From contig OZ361260.1 of NCBI GenBank assembly GCA_977018835.1, positions 3,348,001-3,412,000 on the forward strand: a stretch of 64,000 bases of DNA. Reading direction: 5' to 3'. Shown here one piece after another: positions 1 through 11,704 of the stretch (its first letter is position 1; each line of letters opens with the position of its first letter). A program made the translations under genes and the position numbers. Source of the DNA: Minutocellus sp. GHC0000111. Lineage: Eukaryota. The notes under the pieces were generated by a model that saw only the letters and a program-made list of their open reading frames with translations, was not told where the DNA came from and ran no database searches.

Positions 1-487
1 GATGGCCCGATTTTTTCCGATTATTACTCTTCTAATTTGAGAGTTGAGGCTACATAGAGGGGAAAATTCGGTTGAGGAGTGTCATAATGTCTGTCCGTCT
101 CCTCCGATCTGCCCGGCCGACACTCTTTTCTTACCCATGCCCAGGTTACGAGCTCGTCGTACCAACATGATGATGATGATGATGATGACACTGCCACGAC
201 GGGTTGCCTTTTCGACCGCTCTCAGCATTGCTTTCGTGGCGATCAGCACAATTTGTGTTGACGTGGATGCGTTCGTTGCACCAAGTGCATTGACCACTGG
301 CGTGTCTTTTCCGTCACCATCATCGGCCCTGGCCTCCTCCTGCCTTGACTCGTTGGGGAGTCACGACGGTAGCAGTGGAAAGGCTGCCTCTATGTCGCCA
401 CCAGGAGCCGCCTCTTCGACGCAGGGCCGACTTCCAATCATTGCTGGGAATTGGAAGCTCAATCCAGCAACTCTATCCGATGCACTG

Positions 488-2492
488 TGTAAAATTTACA
501 ATGAGTTCGCAGAAGACTGTTGGCATAACCGAGACTAGAGCTCTACATGGCAGTCTTAGCTTGCTACGCGCTAGAGTTACTGCAGTTAAAAGTTAACTCA
601 TCTGCGTAGCCGAGCAGCCTCTCTTTGCTGCCTCACTGAGCGTTTGTAGTTTCTTCGTAGATTGCTTGGTCTATCAGGGTGGTTCTCCCAGCACCACTCC
701 ACCATCTCATTTCTTGGGACGCAACAAAGCTGCTTGATTCTTTCCATGGTTACTTGGCTTTCCACCCAGCACATGGCATTGCGGCAGCCACTGCTGTTTC
801 TCCGGTGCCTGTTGAAAGCACCAGGCCCTCCTGAAGGATTCATGGGTCGAGGATCGTCACACCAGCACCTTCCACAGTTACTACAGAGGTAGTAGTCCCT
901 TGTCCCTGTCCCGTTGTTGCCAACAACGTCATCCAGCATTTGCACAAACTGGTTTGATGCTTGCGCTTTAAGCGTCGAACGGGGCATCAACCAGCCAGCT
1001 TCCAGAAGTCGTTCAAGCGTTGGAGCCCTCTCGTCGTGGGCGTGCGGGAACATGGTGCTAAAGCAGAATTGACACAGATTGTTGCCACCCTCTAGCTAGA
1101 GTATTGCTCAGGTAACCATGGCCATGTCGCTCAACGTAAGCGCTCATCTCCTCAACCCTCCCCTCGTCTACAGAGGTGTCGATGACGCTTTTTTTGTTGC
1201 GGTGCCCTTTCCATCGAACTTGAGTGTGACCGATTACGTCTCGGCACTCTCGGAGGGAGAGCGGAGGTAGCTTGGACATTCGGTACGCACCTCGGAGAAG
1301 GTGGTACAAACAATAGAGGTCGTTGAGATGGACGCTGTCCCTCAATGGGGGCTTGGTCCCCCCCGCCGCAATGTGCTGACCATGGTGGAAACGGCAAAAG
1401 TATCGTTCAAATGAAAAAACCTCGTGGTCGTTAACTAAGCGACGATAGACCTGGAAGGCTGGAACCCCGGCGGTAGCAAATCGAAGCGACGAAACATCAA
1501 TGTTGGGGTAGTGGGGACCGGACGGATTGTTCGGGTCAATCGGGCCCGACGCATTGAGAGCGCCCAGCAACTCGACGAACAGGTACGGCAGGTGATCCAT
1601 TGCCGCATTGAGGACATCGTTGTAGTCACCACTGCCACCGTAGTGCCAGTCCGTGGTTTCGACGACGGGGAACATGTTGAAATGAGCTACGTTGTTCCGC
1701 CAGAATTCAGATCCGCCATCATCGACGACCCCCAGTTCTTCCATGACATCGAACGGCCTGTTGAATGTGGCCTCGATAATTCCATCATGGGCCTCAGCGT
1801 CATTGTTGGTCGACTGGAAGTGTAAACGTTCGAAGCTTCCGTGTGTAGCGAAGTGGTGGAAGACGATGGCCTACAGGAGAAAATTTAAGACAACAATCAA
1901 ATGAGAAAGAAGTGAAAATAGAAAAATAAATGAAACAAGCAACTCGATTTAAACAAATCAGATCACACACCTTGATTTCGGAAGGATCTTCGCCGAGGAA
2001 GCCGTCAGGGACGCAGAGTATTCCGAACTTGGACCAAAGGTCCATTTGGAGCAGGTCGAAGTTCTCGCAGTTACCATGTACGATAGAAATCGGATCACGC
2101 TCCTCGGTGAATGCCTCATCGACCATGTACCAAAACGTAGGGGTGCGATCGTACAGAGAACCAATCCAAATCTCGTTGTTTGCAAGATCTTCGTCTTCTT
2201 CTTTCTTGACAATGACGTAGTCGTCCGAAAGATCGTACAGAAATCGAAGGAGGGATTGAGGGTCGAGAGATTTCGGCATGTTGCCGGTTCTCCCCATGTA
2301 GGTCATCATCCTTGCCAACCAGACTTGGTATGGAGGCTTATCGACACCGTAGAATTTGTCCCCCTCCACCAAAGGAATGTAGAAGCGATTGTTGTACTTG
2401 TATTCGTAGATGTTGACCTCGTCCTCGTTCTCGTCGAGCTCGTCCTGCTGCTGCTCGTCCTCGTCGAGCTCCTCCTCGTCGAGCTCCTCCTG
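488..2492 (-). mobile_element. Insertion inside TPI carrying a 5'-truncated, intron-containing gene fragment; element class unknown
   Basis: Interrupts the TPI frame. Begins with near-palindrome TGTAAAATTTACA (488-500). No clear TIR; TSD ambiguous (CTG at 485-487 and 2490-2492). Confidence 0.65.
598..2490 (-). pseudogene. Cargo gene of the insertion: acidic N-part, C-terminal Cys/His putative zinc-binding motifs
   Basis: A GT-AG intron (1943->1871) joins the 2490-1944 frame to ORF 1058..1744. Removing a 4-bp CTAG duplication at ~1092-1099 joins that to ORF 598..1053 ('SNTLEGGNNLCQFCFSTMFPHAH...CSNCGRCWC...H...C'). Confidence 0.6.
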
Positions 2493-3328
2493 GCAAATCT
2501 TTGTCAGGGATTGGCGTCGAAAGTTGCCGATGCCAGCACGGTGGAGGTGGTTGTGTTCCCACCCTTTCCATATCTGAGTACAGCGATATCTATGTTGGAG
2601 GGAACAGGTATCAAGGTTGGGGCGCAAAACTGTGCCCTGCAAACATCTGGCGCCCACACTGGCGAGGTGGCTGTGTCCATGATTCGGTCTCTTGGGTGCG
2701 ATTATGTTCTCTTGGGACATTCTGAACGTCGTTCGATCTACGCCGAGACGGAGAACGACATCAACACCAAGGTTCACCTGTGCTTGGAGGAGGACCCAAA
2801 CTTGGGTGTCATTCTTTGCGTTGGCGAAACGGAAGAGGAATACGATTCTGGCCTGCTTCGATCCATTGTCGATGTACAAATCAAAAAGGGTCTTTCAAAA
2901 GTAACTCAGACAGATTTGTCTCGTATTGTGATCGCATATGAGCCTGTCTGGGCTATTGGTACCGGTAAAGTGGCAACACCGGAACAGGCGCAGATTGCGC
3001 ACGAAGCCGTCCGTCAGACACTCGCTGACATGTTTGGAGCTGCTGCTTCCCAGGCCGTCAGAATTCAGTACGGGGGTAGTGTGACACCGGAATCAATTGA
3101 TATCCTCATGATCATGCCTGATGTTGATGGCGCTTTGGTAGGCGGTGCTTCTTTGTCTGCTGATTCATTTGCTCGCATTGTTGGAGATGGAGCTGCTGCG
3201 GGTCTATGAGAAGCGTGCTGAGATTTGCATGACTCGAGAGAGAATTAATTTTGCAATGTTAGCGTCATGAATTGGTAGGGTTCATTGTTACTAGATATTT
3301 CAAATCGCCAGCAAAGGTCTTCTAAAAT

Positions 3329-4543
3329 TCAATGCGGAACGGACATCCAATCATGCTGCCCCATGCACAATGCCGTGCATACCAGGCCGAGGAAGAAGAA
3401 TGGTTGGCATTTCTTTTGAAACTCGACATCGTTCAAAACTGGATCGGCCAGCAGCAGGGTTTTGATGTAGTAGAGTTGTGGTGGGATAAGGGAACAGCTT
3501 ATTGCCAATGCGAAACCGCCCTCTCCTATGGAAAATAAGTATGATATGATGGTAAGCTGAGGAACTATTTGGGCGACAGCGCACATCCACTTTGCCGCAT
3601 CAATACCATACATCAAGGGGATGGAATCAATACCAAACTGCTCATCTCCTTCGATTGATTTGAAGTCGTTTGCGATAGCCGGGCCGATGCCTGCGAGAGA
3701 GTACACCAGGGGTACTGCCCAATGCTCCGGTCGATCAAGGGAGCAAAATGCTGCATGACCACATAACCAAGGCAAGGTAATGTAGCACAGTCCAATGGCC
3801 AAGTCGCCAGTCCATCCGTTCTGTTTCAACCGCATTGGCGGTGCAGAATAAATGTAGCCGACGAGGGTACCAATCGCAGCGCAGAGGAGTACTGCTGGAA
3901 AATCATTCCCGGCCCATTTGTCGATTCCAAAAGCAATGCCAAGGGAACCTAAAATTAAGAAGCAAATCTGCTCCATGATCTGCTTTTCCGATATTGCACC
4001 ACTGGGAATCGGCCGATAGGGCTCGTTCACTGCATCAATTTCCCGGTCATACCAGTAATTTATTGTTTGCGAATATCCCTCCATGAAAGGTCCGGCGAGT
4101 ATCATCGTAAGAAGACCCCTTGCCGCATCTTGCATTCCAAGCATTACGTCTCTATCTGCTGGATCAAACGGGTTGTACATCCAGTGGTAGTTTCCCGAGG
4201 CGGCGGCTCCGCATAAAACACCTGCCGCGAGCGGAATCCAAGTGATTGGTTTCATCAGTTGTAGCCGGATCTTCCACAAGGGCGTGTCGTCGGTCGCAGC
4301 AGTGGCCTTGGGCATGCCCAGCAGTGCTCTTCGATCGGCTTCTTCTTTATCAATGTGAAAGTTGCATGGGATTCTTTTTGTCGTCTCGGGCTGTTGCTGA
4401 TGAAACGTTGAATGGGCTGAAAGTTCATGGCGCATCAGACCAGGTGAGTGTACATGTTGGCGTCGAAGGCTAGTAGCAGGTTGAAAAGCGTCGCTGCACG
4501 CGCACGCAAATGTGAGCAGTAGTATTGGTATCAAAGGATGCAT
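3329..4543 (-). CDS. chlG: Chlorophyll synthase-like UbiA prenyltransferase, divergent, plastid-targeted
   Basis: 'RLQLMKPITWIPL', 'YDREIDAVNEPYRPIPSG', 'YSAPP.RLKQNGW', 'NDFKSIEGD'; signal peptide ending 'SDAFQP'. First Asp-rich motif reads NYWYD rather than NDWYD. Confidence 0.85.
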   Translation of the reverse strand: MHPLIPILLLTFACACSDAFQPATSLRRQHVHSPGLMRHELSAHSTFHQQQPETTKRIPCNFHIDKEEADRRALLGMPKATAATDDTPLWKIRLQLMKPITWIPLAAGVLCGAAASGNYHWMYNPFDPADRDVMLGMQDAARGLLTMILAGPFMEGYSQTINYWYDREIDAVNEPYRPIPSGAISEKQIMEQICFLILGSLGIAFGIDKWAGNDFPAVLLCAAIGTLVGYIYSAPPMRLKQNGWTGDLAIGLCYITLPWLCGHAAFCSLDRPEHWAVPLVYSLAGIGPAIANDFKSIEGDEQFGIDSIPLMYGIDAAKWMCAVAQIVPQLTIISYLFSIGEGGFALAISCSLIPPQLYYIKTLLLADPVLNDVEFQKKCQPFFFLGLVCTALCMGQHDWMSVPH

Positions 4544-5646
4544 CGTTGGAGTCGAAGGTTGATGAATTGATGGCAACGAAGGAGGCCAATCCAAGGGCCG
4601 GCCGCGGCTTCTTTTTCGAACCGTTTGAACTTTTGCTCCGGGTTCTTGTGGCGAGAAAAACTTTTTACGCGTAGAACGAACATTGCTCTGTCCTCATTGC
4701 TTTGTCCTCTGCTTTACGCGTAAAAACACTTATTCCTACTGATTCCTACATGTATGGAAAATTTGAAAACCCTAATGCATGTGCTCTACTGCGCTCCTCC
4801 GGCTTATTGTCGTCATATCCTCATAATTGGGTGGGTGGGATGACATTCATGAATGAAATGTAAATGAAATTGGAATCTGTTCTGAAATGCGCAAGGTTTG
4901 ACCAATGCGGGGCGGCGAGAGAAAGGCAAGTATGAAAATCAGAAATGCGCCATTATTGGTTGTGGGACCGGTAAGAAGTAGAATTGAACCGCAAGTTATT
5001 GGGGCGCAGCTGCTTCATCGCTTTCATTTTCATATCAATTTGTTTGCTGCATAATCTATTTTCCATCGCCGCATGCTCTGTTTGCGCCTACGCGTGGATT
5101 TATTTTGCCGCTCTCCTCCAATTCGATCGCATGCCGATGCACATGCAAAGTTTTTTCTTGTTGGGCAATAAATCGAGAGTATATTTTTTCATTGTTGTCG
5201 TATCGCTACCGCTCTTCCACGCTAGAAAGCATTCTCGGCAAGTGTCGCATTCTCGGCAAGTGTCAGAATGGTAACTGCCGGTGTTGGCTCATGCACAATG
5301 ATTATGTACTGGTAGATCAATCTACAATACAAGTTGCACTGTGCATCATATCTTGAATTTGCAAGCTACATGTACTGGTACAGTAGCAACATGATGCCGG
5401 CATAGCGCAGATGCATGTACAGTTCATGACTTATATTTGCCAGAAGCAGCTAGCTAGATATTATTATTTATTCACTATATGTATTTAGTATCAGCTAATG
5501 CCAATTTATTGAGTATCAGCTCCGGCACTAATGTCGTCTGCACGTCTGGACCAGGTTTGGGCTGTGTTGCTTCACTATGAAAAAATGAAGCGAGGAGAAG
5601 CAAAGGCGATATCATCCATGCTAAATATTCATTATTTCTCGATTGA

Positions 5647-5781
5647 TCCCAGTTTGCAAACTGAGATTGTGCCTATGATCCCAGTTTCCAAACTGGGATA
5701 AATAAATCCTAGTTCGCAAACTGGGATCCCAGTTCGCGAACTGGGACAGTGCGCATTTTGGGACTAACATATATATATATA
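5647..5781. repeat. Four ~20-bp palindromes (TCCCAGTTNNNAACTGGGA-like) followed by GGGACTAAC and (AT)n; probable transposon terminus
   Basis: tcccagtttgcaaactgaga, tcccagtttccaaactggga, tcctagttcgcaaactggga, tcccagttcgcgaactggga, then atatatatatat. Confidence 0.7.
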
Positions 5782-6173
5782 TTCTCTACATACTTCAAGC
5801 AAGTCTTCATTCCTTACCGTTCGTCCTCCTATTTCATCGGGCTCACAAGTCTACTTTCTCTGCATCACCCGGACATTTATTTATGTCCATGCTGTGCGCC
5901 CAGTTATTGTTGCCTCGGCACCATATGAAATATGGACCCATTTGGGCATAATTTGATATCTTCTATCTCAACAATCAAGCGTATGTGGGAACGATTTTTA
6001 ACGCACTCTCATTTCCATTCGGTAAGTACCTATTTTGAGTATGGAGATAAGGCTATCATAGCGCTACTTCTTCTTGTTTAAACTCATTACTTGTATGTAC
6101 ATCTAATCGCTATTGTTCTTGTTGGTATCTAATCAGCTGATGTGTGCTGTATCGATATAAACACTCGGCCATT

Positions 6174-7070
6174 TTAATCCATTGTGGAGAGGAAGTCAAT
6201 GAAATCATCATTGAGCATTTGGGATAGGTCGTCACTGGGCGCGCCGATCTCGGGCATATCGAAACTGTCCAGGACGCTCACATCCCCTCCTGTTGCTCCT
6301 TGACCAAGGAGATTGGTAAGGCTCATATCCATAGGAGCAACGGGGAAGGAGGTCTTCTCGAAGAAGGCCTTGGGGTTGGATAGGTCCATGATATCGGGAG
6401 CTGCCAATTTCTTGATGGCAATTGGAGTGGTAGATTGGACAGGCATCGGTTTGGGAAGCTGCTGCAGTTGTACTTGTTGAGTTGCAGCTTGTGGCTGTGC
6501 TGGGGGTGTGACGGGAGTCGGAGCGACCTGGTTGGTACTTATTACCGGGGAAGGAGCCATGCTAGGTTGCTGCTGAGCAGTGGCAGAAGGAGGCGATGGG
6601 CGAACGATATATGCCTGCTCCAGGATCTGCTCGAGGCTTGGCCGAGCGAGGCGAAGTTCATGCCATGCCTGGAGCTTCTTTGCATAGATGGCCTTCTCGC
6701 GCTTGGCCTGCTGCTCGAACGGACGCTTGGATGCCTTGTCGAGGGTCTTCCATTTATTGGCAATGGTCTTGGCAAGTGATTCGAACCCAATCTTGCCATG
6801 AGATTTGCGGTGCTTGCGCTTGTTGCCATCGGCACCGGTGGGAGAATCGCCAACAATGCGGTTGCGCTCGTGCTGGAAGAACAGATTGTATGCTGATAGG
6901 GGACGCTTCGGTTTGTCAGCTGGCTTCTTCCACGTCTTCTTCTTTTTGTGGACGACCGGCTTGGTCGATTTGGCAGTGGAGGAAGTGGGCATGGCAATTC
7001 CAGGAGCACTCTGGATGCTGCTCGGGACAGCAATTGGCATGGCGGTGGTAGTATCAGCGATAACAGTCAT
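6174..7070 (-). CDS. HMG-box DNA-binding protein
   Basis: 'KPKRPLSAYNLFFQHER...KSHGKIGFESLAKTIANKWKTL...F...A..EK..Y' followed by a P/Q-rich then acidic tail. Confidence 0.9.
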   Translation of the reverse strand: MTVIADTTTAMPIAVPSSIQSAPGIAMPTSSTAKSTKPVVHKKKKTWKKPADKPKRPLSAYNLFFQHERNRIVGDSPTGADGNKRKHRKSHGKIGFESLAKTIANKWKTLDKASKRPFEQQAKREKAIYAKKLQAWHELRLARPSLEQILEQAYIVRPSPPSATAQQQPSMAPSPVISTNQVAPTPVTPPAQPQAATQQVQLQQLPKPMPVQSTTPIAIKKLAAPDIMDLSNPKAFFEKTSFPVAPMDMSLTNLLGQGATGGDVSVLDSFDMPEIGAPSDDLSQMLNDDFIDFLSTMD

Positions 7071-7739
7071 ATTTTGTTGAAGTAACTGTCAAACGAAATT
7101 GAAGAATATGAACATCACAGCGTGGGTGAGATGAGAAGGGGTGGAAATTTGAATTGGATACGTTCAATTTAGCGGCAATGATAGTAGGATGAAGGCAAAT
7201 GAAATCGAATGCGACAAGGATCGTTCCCTCATTCTCACCTTGACGAAACGAAATACAATAACTTCTACTAATGGTTTGATATTGTGGCTCCTGGTTGATT
7301 TGCTTGTTGCTTCCAACTTTGAACAATGAACGAAAAGAGACAGTTGGATGAAGAGGAAGCGTACCTAGGTACCTAGGTAGGGAAAAAGAACTTTTTGCGA
7401 CGGGCAGATGCGCCCCTAAATGTCGTCCATAAATGGCGGTTCACAGATCTTGCTCTTTTGCCACAGCAAATCTTCGTATGCCCCACCTGAGATGCATAAA
7501 TAATGATGGACTCGATCGACTGTTTGCGTCGATGTGGCGGTCGAGTTTGTCGGTCCCACGCCACATCGCACTACGACCAACGCGTGACGTACGTACATCC
7601 TCATTTCATTATTTCGCGCGCATGCGCAGTGGTCCCCGCCCCGCCAGCGGCCCAAGCGCCAAGCGTTGAGCCAAGAACAGAGCACCCCGCGCCCGCGTCC
7701 CAACCGAATGTCGGCCATTGCATTGGATGAAACCGTACC

Positions 7740-8407
7740 ATGACATTTGCTGCTGCTGTTGGTCGGCGGCGTCGGTGGCGAAGCTCCGCAAGTAGAGGAA
7801 CAGCAGCAACAACAGCAGGCGGTCCCATTGCTCGACCCATCCCAGTGGCTTGCCTCGGAATCCTTGCTTCGTTGTGCTTCTTCGGTGTCCTGTTTCAACG
7901 CCATAATGCTCTAACCTCGATGCTTTCTAAGATTGCGAAGGAGAGTGAGACGTCTCCTTCAGATGCAAAAGTGCCCATTGTGCCAGTGTCGCCTTCGAAC
8001 AAACGTGATACTACCAGAACGGGCAATGGCCACTTACAATCGGCACCGATGCCCTCTCGATTTCACAATTACACAAATTTGCCCGTCAATGAAGAAACGG
8101 ACGAGTCTCGCGCCAAACTTCTTCAGTTGCTCTCGGAATCTGTCCCTCCACCTGTTGGGTTGCGAAATCGAAACCATGCATAAACAATGCTCTACGTCCC
8201 AACATTACGCACAGCCAAAAGGATTTGATTGATTTTCAAGGAGATGGTGAAAAGGGGCTTATCCTAAATATTCACGAAGGTGCCCCAAGCAAGGCGAGAA
8301 TAGCGCCCGTTGTACACCAATATGATCGATGTCACAGATGGATTCAAAAGTGGTTCCGTCACCACCCAGAGCTGTTTGAAGTCACGCCCAAGCTTGCTTG
8401 GAAATAA
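7740..8407 (+). pseudogene. Remnant of a type II membrane (glycosyltransferase-like) gene
   Basis: N-terminal TM segment 'IPVACLGILASLCFFGVLF' and C-terminal 'APVVHQYDR' lie in different frames with little sequence between, suggesting internal deletion and frameshifts. Confidence 0.35.
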
Positions 8408-8474
8408 TTACTCAGTGCATAGAAATAGTCCAAATACGGTGAAGATAATAGATCTACAGTGTAGGAATTCCTAC

Positions 8475-8989
8475 CTACCGGTCAGCATATCAACAAAAGG
8501 CGGCAGCGCACGTAGATCTAAAGAAACGAAGACTTTCAAGAGGTACTAAAAGTTTGTGCTCGCATGGCGGTAGCTCGGGGTGATGCAGTATATAACTCTC
8601 CGATTTTTGAGACCGAGGTAAAGGGTGGAGCATATTCTGTCACCTTACACCTTAATCGTCGAGCGATTGCTGGTGCCATTGCCCGTGGTCTCTCTCTGCA
8701 TAAGAGATCACGACTGCACTTTGTTCGAGGCTCGAGAGGAGAGGCAGCCAGGGTCGCTGAGGAGGCAAAGAATCATTTTGAGACTGGTAGGTGCTCTGAT
8801 AGTGACGGATACTCGGCTCGTCATTCGAGTCGAGAATATGGTTACTACGAGCAGTTTAGAGGATTTAGAAGTGGACCTGAACGGCGCTATGAGTAATTAT
8901 CTGCGGCTGGTTTTGCTTGTCCTACTTTCTTCGCTTCTCATCTTCTGATTATGTCGATCCTATAAACGTCTACGTAGAAAATCGTTATA
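8475..8989 (+). mobile_element. 5'-truncated 3' end of a probable RLE-type non-LTR retrotransposon (copy A)
   Basis: 'LPVSISTKGG...VLKVCARMAVAR...RRAIAGAIARG' resembles the C-terminus of restriction-like endonuclease LINE ORFs. Paralogous to 11705-12190. Flanked by TAGGAATTCCTAC at 8462-8474 and 8990-9002. Confidence 0.55.
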
Positions 8990-9143
8990 TAGGAATTCCT
9001 ACATGTACGTGAGCGCGATCGATCGGTCTGTCTGTCGCTCGATCGTCATTACCGCCACAGCAAGGCTGCAAGGCAAAGGCCAACGTCAACAAAATCACAG
9101 ACGAGAGATACGAGCCTCCCTCTTGTGCCGGTACTGCCAAACC

Positions 9144-10142
9144 ATGTCCTCGTCCATACGTGCAGGTTTACCAGATGAAATTATTTCCCAGCTTCTTGGC
9201 TCCTTTGCCGATGGCAAGGCAATCTCCACGTTTTATTGGGCACTTCAGTCGAACCGCTCTCTCCGCCAAGACGGCAGTGCGTTCGATATCATCCGAAATG
9301 CCCTGGTCCATCGATTGAAATCGTTTGCTGCAGATAAGAGATTGAAACCGAGCCGGTGTGAAGAAATGAGGGATTGCATTGACATATTTCGAGAATAGAT
9401 TCGAACGGCAAATGTTGATATTGAGCTGGGCCGCTTGGTGGATGACATGAAACGAATATCGAATCTGAATAAAACTACCATGACAATCGTCTCTGAGTGG
9501 TGCGCTATCGTTGAGTACTTTGACATCAGTTTGTGTTTGGATGAGTACGTCGTTTGGGTGGGCGAAATAAAAACACGCTTTGGTCGAATGAGGTCCGTCT
9601 GTGTCCGGAGTCCCTTTTGGTCAATCACAAATTTTCAGTACATGTTTCAACAGCTGGAACTTGGTTGCGAGGCATTGGTGCCGCCCAACCCAACCTCCAG
9701 CTTTGTTCATTTACTAGATCAGCCATACGGATCGCTAGCAGCGCTTGCAGAGGTTGATGTAGAAGTCATGCAGAGGCTTCGTGTATCGATGTCTCTTGAC
9801 GAGGAATCCAATCGATTTGCGCTCGTGCCAAATCAATTCGAATATGAAGACTCTACAATTGCGTTCACACCCACGCCCAATGATCAAGCCGGTCAAGAGA
9901 TGCTGCAACATGAACGACACCTCCGATGCCTATGGGATCAACAAGACGAAATTGATTTTGATGAATCGCTTTCCAATTTTGGTGAAGATTGTTTGCGAAT
10001 TTTACAGCGTTTGCAATCAGCGTTGCATCTTCATACAAAGGAGATGGAAGTGGGCAGTCATCGAAATGAAGCTGCGTCCCAGGTTTGGCGAGAATTTATC
10101 GGCTCAGACCTTTCATCGTTTGAGGAAGGTGCACTGATTTGA
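9144..10142 (+). pseudogene. Hypothetical protein with F-box-like N-terminus and an in-frame premature stop
   Basis: 'LPDEIISQLLGSF' near the start; ORFs 9003..9398 and 9435..10142 share one frame, separated by a single TAG at 9396-9398. Confidence 0.55.
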
Positions 10143-10379
10143 CTTTTTGTGTGGCGTAGACTACATGGTCTTCCTGCACTTCCAGGCTCATGCATGTACC
10201 TCGACACAACTAGAATGTGAATGCATGGGCAGCTACTTCGACATATTTATTAATAGTAGTCTTTCAGCCTTCCGTGTTATGATCAATTTAAGATCTAAAT
10301 AAATATATAAGATTTCTGCTGCCACTTCTTCTATTACACTGGCACGCCCTCGCCCTTCTTTTATCAGTCTGATATCTAG

Positions 10380-10859
10380 CTAGTTTGGGTTGACTTGTGA
10401 GTATTGAATTACTGTCTTGCTCGTTCTTTCATAAATTATTTGGTCGCGGAGACCATTGGCGACGGCATTTTGTCTCGTCTGTTCGGATGAGGTCTCCGAT
10501 ACTTTGGCAATTTCGTCGTGGCTGATATCGGCTTCTTCCCACTGCCGGTCTTGTTCGTCGAGAATGACGTCGATGTGCTTCTCTTTGTTGATTTTCGTTG
10601 CCTGAAGTATGGAAGCGTTCTTCAGTGCTTCCAAACCACGGAAGCAAAGACCTTGGGAGTGGTCTTCAGTGGCATTCCTTCGCATGGCTTGGACGTTCTT
10701 GGCAACATCGGCGAGGCTTGTCTTGTTTTCTTCGGGCGTGATCCAGACAGCATCAATCTCGGCGTCGGAAAAGTCAGACAGGCTTTCGACGAGGTAGATG
10801 CGAGTTCGCTTGGCAAAGCCGACGCTTTTATTCGCCGTGATGGTGGAGGCGGTGCTCAT
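10380..10859 (-). CDS. Small hypothetical protein of the diatom CxRGLE-motif family
   Basis: 'KSVGF...AVW...CFRGLE...VILDEQDRQ' architecture, 159 aa. Confidence 0.7.
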   Translation of the reverse strand: MSTASTITANKSVGFAKRTRIYLVESLSDFSDAEIDAVWITPEENKTSLADVAKNVQAMRRNATEDHSQGLCFRGLEALKNASILQATKINKEKHIDVILDEQDRQWEEADISHDEIAKVSETSSEQTRQNAVANGLRDQIIYERTSKTVIQYSQVNPN

Positions 10860-11476
10860 GTTGGTTGGGGGTCGTCGTGTTGGTTGGTAGAATGGGCTTG
10901 GTTTGTGTTGTTTGGGTTTCGACAGAGCGAATAAAGCAGGTTGAGCTACTCGTAGTAGTAGTAAGTTGGAGTTTCGTGCAAAAGTAAGTTGATTATTGGC
11001 GGGATTACGATCATGGGAAGAAACTTATGAGAGCAAAACTAGGTTCTGTGTATGGAGAAACTACGATCATAGAAAGAAACTTATGAGAGCAAGAACAGCT
11101 GCTGTAGGGCGCCTCGACGTCGAGTGACAAATTCCCATGATATGAGTGCCCGAAATGCTGACGTCGCGGAAATTAAAGAACTGATCAGAAAGTGTTCAGA
11201 ACGGACGAAATGATTTTTGCGGCTTTCTGCGGGAATTGGTTGGCCTTCATGCGCATCTCGTCGGCATAAAAGGTGCCATTGCTTGCTCCTTCTGCCGAAG
11301 TATAACATGGTAACATATTACAAATCAGCAAACATAGTAACATGTAGATCTACATGTGTCAACGATCACCTACATGTAACTGCTACTAATGGCATTGTTT
11401 GCTGATTTGTGTCATGTGTACATGTAGAGTGATTTCACGAGAGAGAGAGCAGACACCCCCTCCGCGATGTTTAGTA

Positions 11477-11567
11477 AACATTGTACCAAAGTAATTTTAT
11501 TGCTGATTACTGCTTAGAAGGATGTTGTAGAGCATAATCAACAATAAAATTACTTTGGTACAATGTT
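11477..11567. repeat. 33-bp inverted repeat with 25-bp loop (MITE-like hairpin)
   Basis: aacattgtaccaaagtaattttattgctgatta (11477-11509) versus taatcaacaataaaattactttggtacaatgtt (11535-11567), one mismatch. Confidence 0.85.
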
Positions 11568-11704
11568 CTCGGGGTACTTTACTAACAAGTCACTGTGTTT
11601 GGATCCGAGATTTTTGGGGTCGAATTAGTGGCTTCATTTTTGTCGCCACAAAAAATTGCGCATAAAAATATTTTCTAGTGGCTAAAATTTACGGCGATTT
11701 TGTC

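Larger units (their letters stand above)
167..3209 (+). pseudogene. TPI: Plastid-targeted triosephosphate isomerase, interrupted by a ~2 kb insertion (about 488-2492)
   Basis: 5' part has a signal peptide, 'VDAFVAP' and 'IIAGNWKLNPATLSDAL' (to 487). The protein resumes at ~2493 with 'ANLCQGL...GAQN...GAHTGE...LGHSERR...IAYEPVWAIGTG...YGGSV...DGALVGGASL'. No in-frame GT-AG intron removes the gap. Confidence 0.9.

Noticed and set aside
167..187. (ATG)7 poly-Met start of TPI
   Set aside because: Simple microsatellite in a presequence; no evidence of function.
488..2492. TPI insertion as an ordinary large intron
   Set aside because: The GT donors at 487/489 and nearby AG acceptors do not restore the TPI frame, and the insert carries its own antisense gene.
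1800..2879. 359-aa minus-strand ORF as a real gene
   Set aside because: Chimera of TPI antisense, the insert's exon and an unspliced intron.
5647..5760. CRISPR-like array
   Set aside because: Eukaryotic context, spacers of 0-11 bp and irregular, no cas genes.
6174..7070. HMG-box gene as a mating-type determinant in a degenerate region
   Set aside because: This HMG type is a common multi-copy family in diatoms; nothing in the sequence links it to sex determination.
11007..11096. Two ~35-bp direct repeats upstream of the 10380..10859 gene (also 5230-5265, 35189-35290)
   Set aside because: Local tandem duplications with no further structure.
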